From: Folioceros fuciformis
Lineage: Eukaryota
Length of the DNA stretch: 64,000 nt
Assembly: GCA_049999805.1 (NCBI GenBank)
Contig: JBNGIO010006113.1
Location: 1-64,000 of the forward strand
Direction of reading: 5' to 3'
In this document: positions 1 to 11,465 of the stretch, piece by piece
Layout of the letters: each line of letters begins with the position of its first letter
How positions within the stretch are numbered: the first letter of the stretch is position 1
Made by a program: the position numbers and the translations under genes
The notes under the pieces: model-generated
Told to the model about the DNA's origin: nothing
What the model saw: the letters and a program-made list of their open reading frames with translations, nothing else
Database searches by the model: none

Positions 1-385
1 GGCTGCGGGGGCTTCGTGCATGACGCGCATATGTCGCGCGGGCGCGACGCCGCCAGCCCGGGGGAGCCATCGGACGTTAGCCCCGGAGCACATTGAGGCT
101 GCAGGCACCAGAGCGCAGCGAGACTGCGGACGTCGGAGCGAGATCAGACTGCGGTCGCTACGGGTGCCAAAGCGAGGGGCGCAGTGAGCACCGACGCCGA
201 GAGCGAAAGCACAGGCTCCAAACCGTCCCGGCCGCAAGGCAGCGAGATCTCAATCGGGGGATTTAGGGTCATCAAGTCGGCTTGTGGACAGCCGATTCAA
301 AACGAGAGTGAGGGTAACAGAATCTACATTTCAGTTCGACCACTTTCTAACAAGCCTTTTGGTTGATTTGCATCGATTTTGAAAC

Positions 386-2867
386 ATGACGTCCTCAGAA
401 AACGTCATGTTCAATATCGAGAAGTTAGATGGTACTAACTTCCCGTTTTGGAAAGAACAAGTGTATAATGTTCTAGTACAGAAGAAGCAGATCAAGCTGA
501 TAAAGTTGCTAGGAGTGAAACCTATTAGCATGACTCAGTATGAGTGGCAGGACCTAGATGAGCTTGCTAGGTCTACCATCATGCTAACATTGTCGAAGTC
601 GGTCTACTTCAACGTGAAAGACAAGACCACAAGCTACGAGCTAAGGCAGAAGTTGTGTGACTTGTACGAGAAGCAAAGTGCAGCTTCTCAGGTGTATTGG
701 TTGAAACAGCTGGTGGACTTGAAGATGAAGACGAAGATGAAGGGACGAGGATGTCTGATCGTCTGAACGAGTTCAATACCATTTTCAGCCAGCTCTCATC
801 TCAAGGTATCTCGTTCCCAGATTCCGTGAGAGCTATGTTTCTGTTGGTCACATTACCAGAGAGCTGGGACACCTTTAGTACACCTTTGAGTAATTTTGCT
901 CCTGCCAATGGTCTTACCATTGTAAATGTAGAAGGTAGCCTGTTAATAGAGGAGGTGAATAGGAAGAATATGGAACCTTCGAAAGGTTCCAATGCCCTCA
1001 CGGTGAGAGGAAGGTCCACTTCAAAGGGGAAGTACAAGGAGCGAAGTCGTACAAGGAGCGAAGTACCAAGATGCACAAGAAGCCTACTCCAACTATGGAA
1101 GTGCGACGGGTAATCTTTCAAGAAGATGGACTTGACCATCCCGCGCAGGTTGAACGTCGTGCTGTGCAGGAACAAGTTCCTCCACTTGTAGAAGAGGAAA
1201 GAGTGCAACCAGCTCCAGTCGAGGCGCCAGTACTTCGTAGGTCAGGAAGGATCTCACGTCCTCCTGACAGGTATGTTGCATCTCTTGATTATGTCATGCT
1301 GACAGATTGTAGGGAACCCTCTTGTTACCAAGAGACCATGTCAGTGACTGTTAAGGACAAGTGGGACAAGGCGATGCAGACACAGATGGATTCGCTCCAT
1401 AAGAACCAAACTTGGGAGTTGGTTTGGTTGCCTAGGGGCAAGAAGGCGTTGTCATGCAAATGGTTGTATAAGATGAAAGACATACCCCATTATGGCAAAC
1501 CCAAGTACAAGGCACAATTGGTTGCTAAGGGTTTTAAGCAACAGCAAGGTATTGACTTTGATGAGATTTTCTCACCGGTTGTCAAAATGACCACCTTGCG
1601 ATGTGTTCTTGGTTTGGTTGCGAAGAACGACATGGAACTTGTCCAGATGGATGTGAAGTCGGCATTTCTGCATGGTGATCTCCAGGAAGAGGTATACATG
1701 CAGCAACCACAAGGTTTCATTGAGAAGGGCAAAGAGAATATGGTGTGCAAGTTAAACAAGAGCCTTTATGGTTTGAAGCAGGCACCCAGGGAGTAGTATT
1801 TCAAGTTCCACTCATTTATGCTTTCTCAAGGCTACAAATGTAGCGATGAGGATCATTGCCTCTATACGAAGCAAGCTAAGGATGGAAGCTTGCTCATTCT
1901 GGTCCTCTATGTGGATGATATGCTAATTGCTGGGACTAACAGTGATGAGATTTCAACGTTGAAGTCAAAGTTGAATGCTCGTTGTGACATGATAGACTTG
2001 GGAGAGGCAAGCCATATTCTTGGCATGCGTATTCGTTGAGACAGACAAAAGGGTTTGCTTTACTTGTCTCAAACTGAATACATTAACAAGGTGCTTCAAC
2101 ATTTCAATATGGAGAAGGGGAAGGTATAGAGTACTCCGTTGCCTCCATATGTGAAACTTTCAAGCAAGGATTGCCCAACCTCTACGGAGGACAAAGCTGA
2201 AATGGAGAAGGTTCCATACTCATCAGCTATAGGGAGTTTGATGTCTGCAATGATTGCTACACGTCCTGACATTGCCTTTGCAGTGGGAGTGGTTAGCAGG
2301 TTTATGTCAAATTCTAGCAAGAAGCATTGGGCGGCAGTGAAAGGAGTTATGAGGTACTTGAATGGTACGAAAGCTTTGTGCTTATGTTTTAGTGGTGAAG
2401 ATGCATCTGTAGGGGGATATACGGATGCTGATTATGTAGAGGGTATGGACAAAAGGAGGTCCACATCAGGTCATGTCTTCATGTGCACTGGAGGGGCAGT
2501 CTCAGGGCGATCTCGTTTGCAATTGTGCATAACGCTATCTACCATAGAGGCCAAGTATGTTGCAGCAACTCAGGCTTGCAAGGAAGCCTTGTGGCTTGCT
2601 CGTTTAGTGGGAGATTTGGGGATCAAGGTTGAGCTGCCAGTGTTGCATTGTGATAGCCAGAGTGCTATCCAATTGGTGAAGAATCCAATGTTTCATGCGA
2701 AGACCAAACATGTGGAAGTGAAATATCACTTCATTCGAGAGGTGTTGGAAGACAAGAGGGTACAGCTTGCCAAAGTTCACACCAGTAAGAACCCTGTAGA
2801 TGTTCTTACCAAGGGGCTCTCTTCGGAGCAGTTCGAACAAGCTCGGACACTCATGGGCATGAGGTAG
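386..2867 (+). mobile_element. Ty1/copia retrotransposon A, degenerate internal region (gag, then RT and RNase H; protease and integrase deleted near 1070); 5' LTR lies outside the window
   Basis: gag IEKLDGTNFPFWK and [24 protein letters not shown] and LYVDDMLI; RNase H YTDAD, HCDSQSAI, HAKTKHVEVKYHFIRE; several stops and frameshifts. Confidence 0.93.
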
Positions 2868-2888
2868 ACCACTCTCCTATAAAGGTAA

Positions 2889-3142
2889 TGTTAAGGTTAA
2901 ATGCATTGTGTGCAGCTTCGTAGGGTAGATATGTTAGGGCAGGCTCGTTTTAGGGCACGTTTGGTGCCAAGAATAATATTAAGACATGAAACAATAAGAA
3001 CCCGCTGACCTAACCGTCGAATGTCAGCAGGCACGAACAAGCCGTTGCAACCTGCACCCAATAGGGGCTGTCGGCAGACATTCATGTGTGCTCTCTCATT
3101 TTACTAAGCATTTGTGTGCAATCTAAGTGTCCTAATTTAACA
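2889..3142 (+). repeat. 5' LTR of copia B
   Basis: TGTTAA...TTAACA termini; direct repeat of 15377-15630; followed by a tRNA-iMet PBS. Confidence 0.96.
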
Positions 3143-3923
3143 TGGTATCAGAGCACCATTAATCTGAGCTGCTGTGCGCCCTGGATTGAAGGTAGTGATG
3201 GAGTGGTTGTTGGTAGCCTGATTGGATGGAGCTGTTTGCTGCATTCCTAGAGAATCCACAAACTCGCAGGCGAAGGCAGCAGCACTATAGAAATCAGCGA
3301 CGAAAAATCTCTCAAATCTGCAGTCCCCACTGGAGCAGTCAGTCCAAGTAGGCGCTGCATACAAATCAAGGGAGGGCTGCAGAGAGATACAACCACCAAC
3401 AGCAATCTTACCCTCCATTTCCAGCAGTTTGTAGGCAGTGTAGAATTTCTGGGCATTTTTCTCAAGATTTTGATAGAGTGCGCGAGAGTCTTGTCAAATC
3501 ACCTATGTACAAGTCTAGGCCAACACCAAAATATCCTAGTCAGCACCGTGTAAAACAAAAAAGGGAGGAAATTGTGGTCAACAAGTTACAAGTACTTATA
3601 GATGCTGTCGCAAGCATATCAACACATCTCCAGAGTCTAGATACACACCTGCATGCACTCAATAGAAAGTTCTTCCTTCTGTTGCTCACTTATAAGACTT
3701 TCCTTGGGTCATGAGCAGTTCCACTAACAGGTCGGATTTACTAGACTACTACTAATTGTCTAGACTGCATTGTACACAGGCATAGCCATAAAGCAAAAAT
3801 AGCAAAAGTAGTTGAAGAAATAAGGAAGCAAGTGCTGGCAATGGCTGAGCCACACCAAGTTTGATGTGGTCGCCAAACTAGACCTTCTTTGGGAGCACTA
3901 GTGCATCAACTCTGACCAGAGAG

Positions 3924-5924
3924 GTGGTTGAGGAGACTATTGCAGCCCTGAGAAGGGGAGGCCTTCTGAACAAGGAGGCTAGGCTACCAAGTACGCTCAG
4001 CAGTCCAGCCAGAAGTGACAGTGTTTCCCTGAGTCCGGTGTTCCCTTCGGAGTTGGATACTACAACCTCAAACAAACCAACTCTGAGATCATCGACTGAA
4101 TACCTTGAATTTGAGTTTGATCATTTTTCTGGTCATATTGACGAACATTTGTTAGCTACAGAAGATGCTGCAGTTTTCTCAACAATTTCAAATGGCCAAA
4201 ATCACACATCAAGCTCTAATGCTCAAGTTCACATACTAGTAATTGCTGGTGTGCCTGCAACCACATCGGGTGGGTCCACAGCCACAGGAGGATCAGGAGG
4301 GTCAGGAGGACCAGGAGGGCCTGGTGGACCTGGTGCCCCCGGTGGACCTGTAGGGCCAAGACAGCATGCTGGTGGTGTTGGAGCACCTGCACCCTTAAAC
4401 ATGGCGGGTGCCTCAAGTACTGATTTTAAAGAAAAAGACCGTTTTGATGGAGCCAACTTCGATGTGTGGTCCTTAAGAATGGAAGTATCCCTAAAAAACA
4501 AAGAGCTTTGGGATGTAGTAGCAGGTGATCTAACGATGCCTGCTAATCCTGCAGTAGATCCCCAAGGAGCAGCTGCATTCACGAGAGCAAATAATCAGGC
4601 CTTGAATGTCATCCTAGGTGGCATTGCATCTGAATGGATGAGGAACGTACAGAGAAATCTTACAGCAAAAGCTCTATGGGACGCCTTTGCTCTTCAGTAT
4701 TCAAAGGCAAATATGATTTCTCAAGTTGCAGCGGACTACAAGCTTAGATCCCTACGCATGAAAGATGGAGAGTCAGCTGAAAAATACATTACAACATTCA
4801 AAGCAGCAAGAAATATGTTACATGCTGCAGGGGATGTAATCACTGACTTCCGAGCTGGGGATATTTTCTTAAACTCACTCTCACCTGCGTATCGCTCTTT
4901 TGTATCTACTCAGAATCAGGTCGTGCGAGAGGCTGAGAGTAGAGCAAGGGGAACACAAAATCCACTAGTTCTGGATCTCAGTGAGATGTTTGGTGCCTTC
5001 ATGCAAGAGGAAGCACAGATGGAAGGCATTGGTCAGAGTAAAGGACGTGATAAGGCACATGCGTTGTATGCTGATAAAGGAAAGCTAAAGAAGAGGTGGG
5101 GAGCAAAACCATACTCACCTGCATATACTGAAGGAACTTCTGCTTCTGGAGCTGGGCCATCGAAGAAAAGACAGGGCAACTGTAGGTGGTGTGGCTTGCC
5201 CAACCACTGGGAACGTGAGTGTCGGAAGAAGGCAGCAGGAGAACCTAAAAAGGAACTAGCTGGTAGCTCTCATGTTACAGTCAAGAAAGCAGCAAAAGGC
5301 TCACATGTGATACTCACTGTTTGCCTGACAATCTCAGCAGCTAGACAGAATGGGTGGTTCCTAGACTCGGGTGCAATTGCTCACATATGTCACAATAGAC
5401 AATGCTTTTCTGCATACGAAGAATCACCAGCTGGACAATTTGTGCTGCTAGGAGATGAGAGTGGTCTTGCTATCAAAGGAGTTGCTAGTGTGCCTATAGA
5501 GATGGCAGATGGCAACACAGTAGAACTCGAGGAGGTCCTGCATGTACCTACCATGATGAAGCATCTACTGTCAGTCCGACAATTGTGCAGGGGAGGTGTT
5601 CACACTGTGCATTTTACTAATAATGACTGTGAAATTAGACTAAAGAACGGCGAGCATGTGGTGACTAAGGGAACAGAACACATCGAGCTGTACAAGTTGG
5701 ACATTCGTCCCTTACTTCCTCCGAAGAAGTCTGCACATACTGTGGATGCTGGTGGAGTCTCAGGCACAAGTGAACCAACACCTGACAGCCCACATCAAAC
5801 ACCTGGTGGTCAGGTTACACAAACAAAGCTATGGCACCTAAGGTTGGGCCACACAAACAAAGCTATGGCACCTAAGGTTGGGCCACCCACATGCTCAGAG
5901 GCTCTACAAGCTGCCAACAAGTGA
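3924..5924 (+). CDS. Copia B gag-protease polyprotein (frameshifted before the GAG-pre-integrase region; true start uncertain)
   Basis: DRFDGANFDVWSLRM, CX2CX4HX4C zinc knuckle, WFLDSGAIAH protease, LWHLRLGH. Confidence 0.85.
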   Translation: MVEETIAALRRGGLLNKEARLPSTLSSPARSDSVSLSPVFPSELDTTTSNKPTLRSSTEYLEFEFDHFSGHIDEHLLATEDAAVFSTISNGQNHTSSSNAQVHILVIAGVPATTSGGSTATGGSGGSGGPGGPGGPGAPGGPVGPRQHAGGVGAPAPLNMAGASSTDFKEKDRFDGANFDVWSLRMEVSLKNKELWDVVAGDLTMPANPAVDPQGAAAFTRANNQALNVILGGIASEWMRNVQRNLTAKALWDAFALQYSKANMISQVAADYKLRSLRMKDGESAEKYITTFKAARNMLHAAGDVITDFRAGDIFLNSLSPAYRSFVSTQNQVVREAESRARGTQNPLVLDLSEMFGAFMQEEAQMEGIGQSKGRDKAHALYADKGKLKKRWGAKPYSPAYTEGTSASGAGPSKKRQGNCRWCGLPNHWERECRKKAAGEPKKELAGSSHVTVKKAAKGSHVILTVCLTISAARQNGWFLDSGAIAHICHNRQCFSAYEESPAGQFVLLGDESGLAIKGVASVPIEMADGNTVELEEVLHVPTMMKHLLSVRQLCRGGVHTVHFTNNDCEIRLKNGEHVVTKGTEHIELYKLDIRPLLPPKKSAHTVDAGGVSGTSEPTPDSPHQTPGGQVTQTKLWHLRLGHTNKAMAPKVGPPTCSEALQAANK

Positions 5925-7715
5925 CCTGTATACGGATAGAATTAAGGACAGGTTATCAGACCTCCCGCTGTGCGAAGCTTGCATTTTTGGTAAGCAGCAC
6001 GAACTTTAAGAATAAAAATGCTGAAAGAGCAACTGAGGTTCTGGAATTAGTCCATGCAGACATTTGTGGTCCCATTTCTAAGAAGTCCTTCTCTGGAGCT
6101 GAATATTTCATCTCGTTTATAGATGACTTTTCAAGATACACACATACCTACATAATGAAAAGGAAGTCAGAAGTATATCAGTGTTTCCTGGACCTAACGG
6201 CAAGGAATGGAGAGCTGCAGTCATTGATGAACTCAAGAGTTTGGAAGAAAATCTGTTAGGATAAATAATCGTTGATTATTTATATGCTAAGTACATAGTG
6301 TTTCATATTTAGATACACTTATAAAGTGAAGGGGCACCAAGCCCAATTGACACATACAATATACATTTTTGTTACATACATATACTACTTGCTGTGTTGC
6401 TGTTCTACTTGCTGTGTTGCTAGGACTACACCTCTCCTACGTTCAGAGCACAAAATGAAGTTTCTTGTCATGGTATCAGAGCCTAGTTGGGTCTGATCTA
6501 ATTAAAATCACAATGCGTTTCTTTGTTCTAGACTTGCTGATGCCAGTGGCGAAACCTTCAACTGGGCTCAGGACCCTGTAGTCATCACCCTTGATGGCTT
6601 CTGGTTTCTGTGCCCAGCAAGGCTTCACCGCCTGCACTACAGTCTTAGTATTTTGATAATCAACAAAGAAACTGTATTAATTTCCGCTGCGATTAAAACT
6701 GGCTACTAAAGGGTTATGTCCTTGAAGATGCCGAGACGCAGAGCATGCTTGCAGGCTCGGGTCAGAAACGAAGCTAATAAAAAGGCTGTTGACTCTTTTC
6801 AGCCCACCAAGACATTTGTTGTAGTCGGGCGAACCCTGCATCAACAAGAAGCCAAAAATTGCTTAGCACTTGCCAGCACGAGCTTCCTCCATCAAGAAGA
6901 TTGAACCCTACCAGATTAGTAGAACGTTGCGAACGTTGTTGTCTATCTGAGCAATTTTTTCCTCCCTTGCCTATAGATCTTCTTGGACACAATCATTCGT
7001 TAAATGAGCTACAAGTGCCTTCCTGCTTTAGCAAACAAAAGGAGGAAATAAAGCAAGTTAGTAGAAGAATATAGAATCTTGCGACAGATATACAAAACCT
7101 GAGCCGTTAACTGAGGGGATTCTCACGCTGGACTTAGGATCGCAAAGCAGGTGCTTGTGATCTTCAAATTTCTAAGATCTGTGTAATTCTTCAAGCGGTG
7201 GTAGCTCGCGCCAAGATTCTCCAGATTTCTTCTGCAAAATTGGGAGCTGCCAACTATTGCCTGCCGACGACACGCGCGGCATTTCCTCCAGCCAACTAAG
7301 CACAGACGATTCGCGATAGTCAGATTCTGTAAGAGGTGGTGCCCTCTGCATACACAAATCTGTATCAGCGTGAAGGGGGTTGTGACTTCAGTTATGAATC
7401 ATCATGTATGATGGGTCCTGCAAGTTATTTTCTGTAGCGTTTCAAAAACGTGCAGCCCTAAGCATTGAATAGGTTGGAAGGAGGAGCGGTTACTTACCCT
7501 GTCGCGATCCGGCTGACTTTCTAACCAACAGTGGTGTTATGGAGAACAGAGGTTTTCCTTTTTTTTTCTTCTTAGAAATATGAGATAAGGAGCGACGGCC
7601 ATCCTTAGCAATGAGCACCACACCGTCTACATCCTCATCACCGCTTCCCCCTGATACGCCTGGCGCCTAGAGACAGCGAACTCCTCCGCCACCTGGTTTC
7701 CCACCAACTGCTTTC

Positions 7716-9965
7716 ATGCAACCTGCATACACAGCCGACTTCAAGGAAAAGGATCGCTTTAATGGGACTAAATACGAGGTTTGGAGTGTGAGCATGCGTT
7801 CCGCTCTTGAGGCGCGGAATGTTTGGAGTGTGGTTTCTGGAGCTCTGCCTCCACCAAGCCTCATGGCGACTGATGCAGAAAAGGAACGATGGAGCAACGC
7901 AAACAACGTTGCCCGTGCCTTTCTGATCAGTGGTCTTGATGAGGTGCTAGTTCTAGATGTTGCTTATCTAACTAAGGCATTTGAGATATGGATTCAGCTC
8001 TCACAAACATATGAGGTGAAGAACATTCTTACCTTATGTGCTGTTCGTGGAGAGCTGTTCTCCTTGAGAATGAGAGAAGGGAAGAAGGCAACAACCTTTG
8101 TTGGCAAGTTCCGTCATCTCTGCTCTCAGCTAATTTCACTCGGTTCCACCATGAGTGAACTTGATGTTGTTGCTCAACTCTTAACAAGCCTGCCTGCGAG
8201 TTATCCGCCCTTCGTTTCTAGCTACGGAGCTTCTCTCCTTGATGCAGGAGCGGCTATAGCTGCAGGGCGACCAAGCACCATTAGTTTCACAGATGTAGTT
8301 GGTGCACTATTTCAGGAAGAGCAAAGCAGGGCCACTCATCATGGCCCGGGACGCACAAAGACAGACAAAGTATTGTATCCATCAAAAGGAAAACCACAGA
8401 AAAACAAAAACCTTCCTGCCTTTGGGACTGCGAAGACAGGACAGCCCAAGCGCTCAGGTTCTTGCAACTGGTGTGGTGCTCAGGGTCACTGGGAAAGGGA
8501 ATGCAGAAAGAAGAAATCTGGTGAACCACGGAAAGCCGAGAAGCTCTTTAAGCAGGCTGAGGCACACTCCTTCACCAAGGATCGGCCTACTTCGGCCAGC
8601 ACTTCTAAGCACCCTGTGGTTATGATTGTTTGTCTCTCCACATCCATAAGTGACTCTGACAGCTGGTATCTCGATTCAGGAGCTACCTCACACATATGCA
8701 AGGACAAGACTTTAATGAGTAACTTCACATCAGCTAGCGTAGCAGAGAGAGTGCTACTAGGTGATGAGCTTACTCATATCGGCCTCATGATACTTGGAAC
8801 TGGCACCTGTTCGTTTCGACTTGCCGATAACAATGTGCTCACCCTCGATCATGTCCTATATGTACCTACAATGGCAAAGCATTTAATATCAGTAAGTCAG
8901 TTTATGCATTTATGCCGCTTTGACCTATTGTTTACTTCGAACGGCTGTGCTCTTACCATTAAAGGCTCACCTACCAGTGTAGTGGCAAAGGGGGTGCGCA
9001 TTAATGACTTGTACAAGCTCCATGTGGTTTGCTGCCGTCCACCTAGTCTGCACCTGGCAGAGAAATCTCAAGTTGTTCAAGCACAGCTGTGGCACGCAAG
9101 GCTTGGCCATGTTAATCAACAGAAGCTGGTAAAGATGTCTACTATGGACTGCTACCGTGAACCCTTGCCCAAATGCTTCAAAGAACTCCCCGTGTGCAAT
9201 GCATGTGTGGTTGCTAAGCAAAAGGGGTTGCCCTTCCCGACTGCTCCTGCCTATCGCACTATGAGTGTCCTGGACCTGGTGCATGCTGACATTTTGGGCA
9301 AGATACATGTTTCCTCTCTGGGAGGAGCATTTTATTACCTTACGCTCACCGATGACTATAGTCGCTATTCCTGGACTTACCCTATGAAGGCAAAGTCTGA
9401 TACTTTCCCCATATTCCAGGAATGGGTGACTATGATTCATCGGCAAACTGGTCGCTTTCTGCGCTACCTGCAATCTGACAATGGCACTGAGTTTGTTCAT
9501 GCTCCTTTTGAGCAATTCCTTACAGCACAAGGGATAGTCAAACAGCTCATTGTTCCGTATACCCAGCAGCAAAACGGGGTAGTAGAACGACGTATTCAGA
9601 CTCTCCTGAGCATGACCCAAAGTATGCTACCTTGGTCAGGGTTGAGTAAATCTTACAAGGCAGAGGCCATTGTCACTGCTATGTATATCCTTAATCGGCT
9701 TATTACCTCTGCAATTGGTGGGAAGACTCCATATGCGCTCATCTGGGGACACATGCCGAGTATCTTGCTTCTTCGTGTTTTCGGTTCCCCTGCTTACGCC
9801 TATGTTCCTTCTGAGCTGCGTAAGAAGCTGCCTGATTGGGCCAAGCCTATGGTTTTTGCTAGTTATGGCGAGGAAGCTAAAGCTTATAAGCTCTATGATC
9901 CTCCCTCTCACAGATCCATCCTCGCTCGAAGTATCATTTTCAAGGAACTGTGGCAACCAGCTTAG
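7716..9965 (+). CDS. Copia C gag-protease-integrase polyprotein (premature stop; RT/RNase H remnants at about 11750-13300)
   Basis: CNWCGAQGHWEREC, WYLDSGATSH, LWHARLGH...CNAC, integrase DLVHAD, DDYSRY, SDNGTEF, QQNGVVER. Confidence 0.92.
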   Translation: MQPAYTADFKEKDRFNGTKYEVWSVSMRSALEARNVWSVVSGALPPPSLMATDAEKERWSNANNVARAFLISGLDEVLVLDVAYLTKAFEIWIQLSQTYEVKNILTLCAVRGELFSLRMREGKKATTFVGKFRHLCSQLISLGSTMSELDVVAQLLTSLPASYPPFVSSYGASLLDAGAAIAAGRPSTISFTDVVGALFQEEQSRATHHGPGRTKTDKVLYPSKGKPQKNKNLPAFGTAKTGQPKRSGSCNWCGAQGHWERECRKKKSGEPRKAEKLFKQAEAHSFTKDRPTSASTSKHPVVMIVCLSTSISDSDSWYLDSGATSHICKDKTLMSNFTSASVAERVLLGDELTHIGLMILGTGTCSFRLADNNVLTLDHVLYVPTMAKHLISVSQFMHLCRFDLLFTSNGCALTIKGSPTSVVAKGVRINDLYKLHVVCCRPPSLHLAEKSQVVQAQLWHARLGHVNQQKLVKMSTMDCYREPLPKCFKELPVCNACVVAKQKGLPFPTAPAYRTMSVLDLVHADILGKIHVSSLGGAFYYLTLTDDYSRYSWTYPMKAKSDTFPIFQEWVTMIHRQTGRFLRYLQSDNGTEFVHAPFEQFLTAQGIVKQLIVPYTQQQNGVVERRIQTLLSMTQSMLPWSGLSKSYKAEAIVTAMYILNRLITSAIGGKTPYALIWGHMPSILLLRVFGSPAYAYVPSELRKKLPDWAKPMVFASYGEEAKAYKLYDPPSHRSILARSIIFKELWQPA

Positions 9966-10160
9966 CCTCATTTTCTGGAAGCTGCTCCCTCCTCTTCGAC
10001 TGACCCTGCTAGCCCCTATGCTCCTGCAGAGTTACCAGATGCCCTGGACTCATATGTCTTCTTAGTTTATCCTCAGGATTCGCCCATTGCAGCTTCAGGG
10101 GGTGACCTTGATGAATATGCTCCTGTCGGAGTCGTTGAGGTTGATTCTACAGAACCAGCT

Positions 10161-11465
10161 TGTGGACTCCACATGCTAAATAGGTCCTTGGAAAATGGTA
10201 GGATTTCTCTTTTTGGGAATCTCTAAGTGAACCCTGTGGTGAAATAGTTAAAAGATTAGGTTAGATTAGTAGCTAGATTGATGGTGAGGCGAGATGTGTC
10301 TTTGAAGGGTTGCTGGAATGATTTGAGAGAGGAGGGAGAGGGTTGAGAGGCACTGACCATTTTGGTAGTCTTGAGAGGTTGGTCAATTTTGGTAAGGGCA
10401 CCCAGTGGTGTCCATGGGACACAACCCCTTTCATGTCAGAACTAGGTTTGGGTCAAAGTTAGGGTTAGGTCAGAGTTAGGTTTAGGTCAGAATTAGGGCC
10501 GGCTTAGGTCAGAGAGAGATTGCTGGGTGGTTGACTGAGGCTAACCCTAATAGATAAAGATGGAGGTTTGGGCCAAGGTAGTATAAGAGACTAGACCTGC
10601 CATTGAGGAGGGGGCTGTCTACGGTGCGATTTCCCTGGACCTTGGGTGCAGAACTCCTGGCTTAGGGCGCTGAGCTGGTTGAGACTAAACCAAGGTCTTG
10701 GTTTCCCTTGCCACTAGGGGAACGTGGAGGATCCCAAGACTGCCAAGATTCGTGTGGCCGGATCCGCAATGGCTGACCACCTTGCATGCTGGCTGAGGTG
10801 AGGTTGCAGGGCCGTAAGCCAAGGAGGCTACCCAGCCCTAGGCCTCGCCTTTGCCTTGAAGGCTGCAAGAGGGAAGGCTGTTGTGTTCCAAATTGCAGGA
10901 GAGAAGGGTTGAGTTGCAGATTTTGGAAGTGGAAGTGTTGAAGTGAGGAGTTGAGCTGAAGTAAGGGGCTGGAGGGTGAAGTGAAGTGCTGAAGTGAAGG
11001 ACTGAAGTGCTGAAGTGAAGGACTGAAGTGCTCAAGTGAAGTGCTGAAGTGGTGGAATAAAGTGTTGGAGCTGGAGTGAGGAGCTAGCTGAAGTTGAGGT
11101 TCTCGTTTAGCTGCGGAGGTAGCTAGCACTAGGTGCTGAGAGTTGGAAGCCAGACTTGGGGCCGGAGCCTCCTCTTAGCACTGAAGTGATTGATACTTGG
11201 AGCTGGAAATGAAGGCTGAAGACAATGCTGGAGTTCTCATTTTGTTGAGGCTGGGGTTGGTGTTGTGGTAGGAGCCAAAGACAGGACCGAGACTTCTGAC
11301 CTATTGCTGTAGCACTTGGTATATGCTGATAGATAGGGTGAGATTAGGGAGATGTAGGTAACCTTGACATTAGTTCACTCCCTTGGGAGCGAATCATAAG
11401 ACTGCAACGATAATAAGGGGAAGTGTGGCCCCTTGGTGGTTCTTGGGTGCAAGTTTCACTCCACA
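10161..11465 (+). mobile_element. Solo LTR D (1305 bp, probably gypsy) inserted between integrase and RT of copia C
   Basis: TGTGGA...TCCACA inverted termini; TSD CAGCT (10156-10160, 11466-11470); no coding domains; 3' end resembles LTR ends at 16128 and about 17639. Confidence 0.88.
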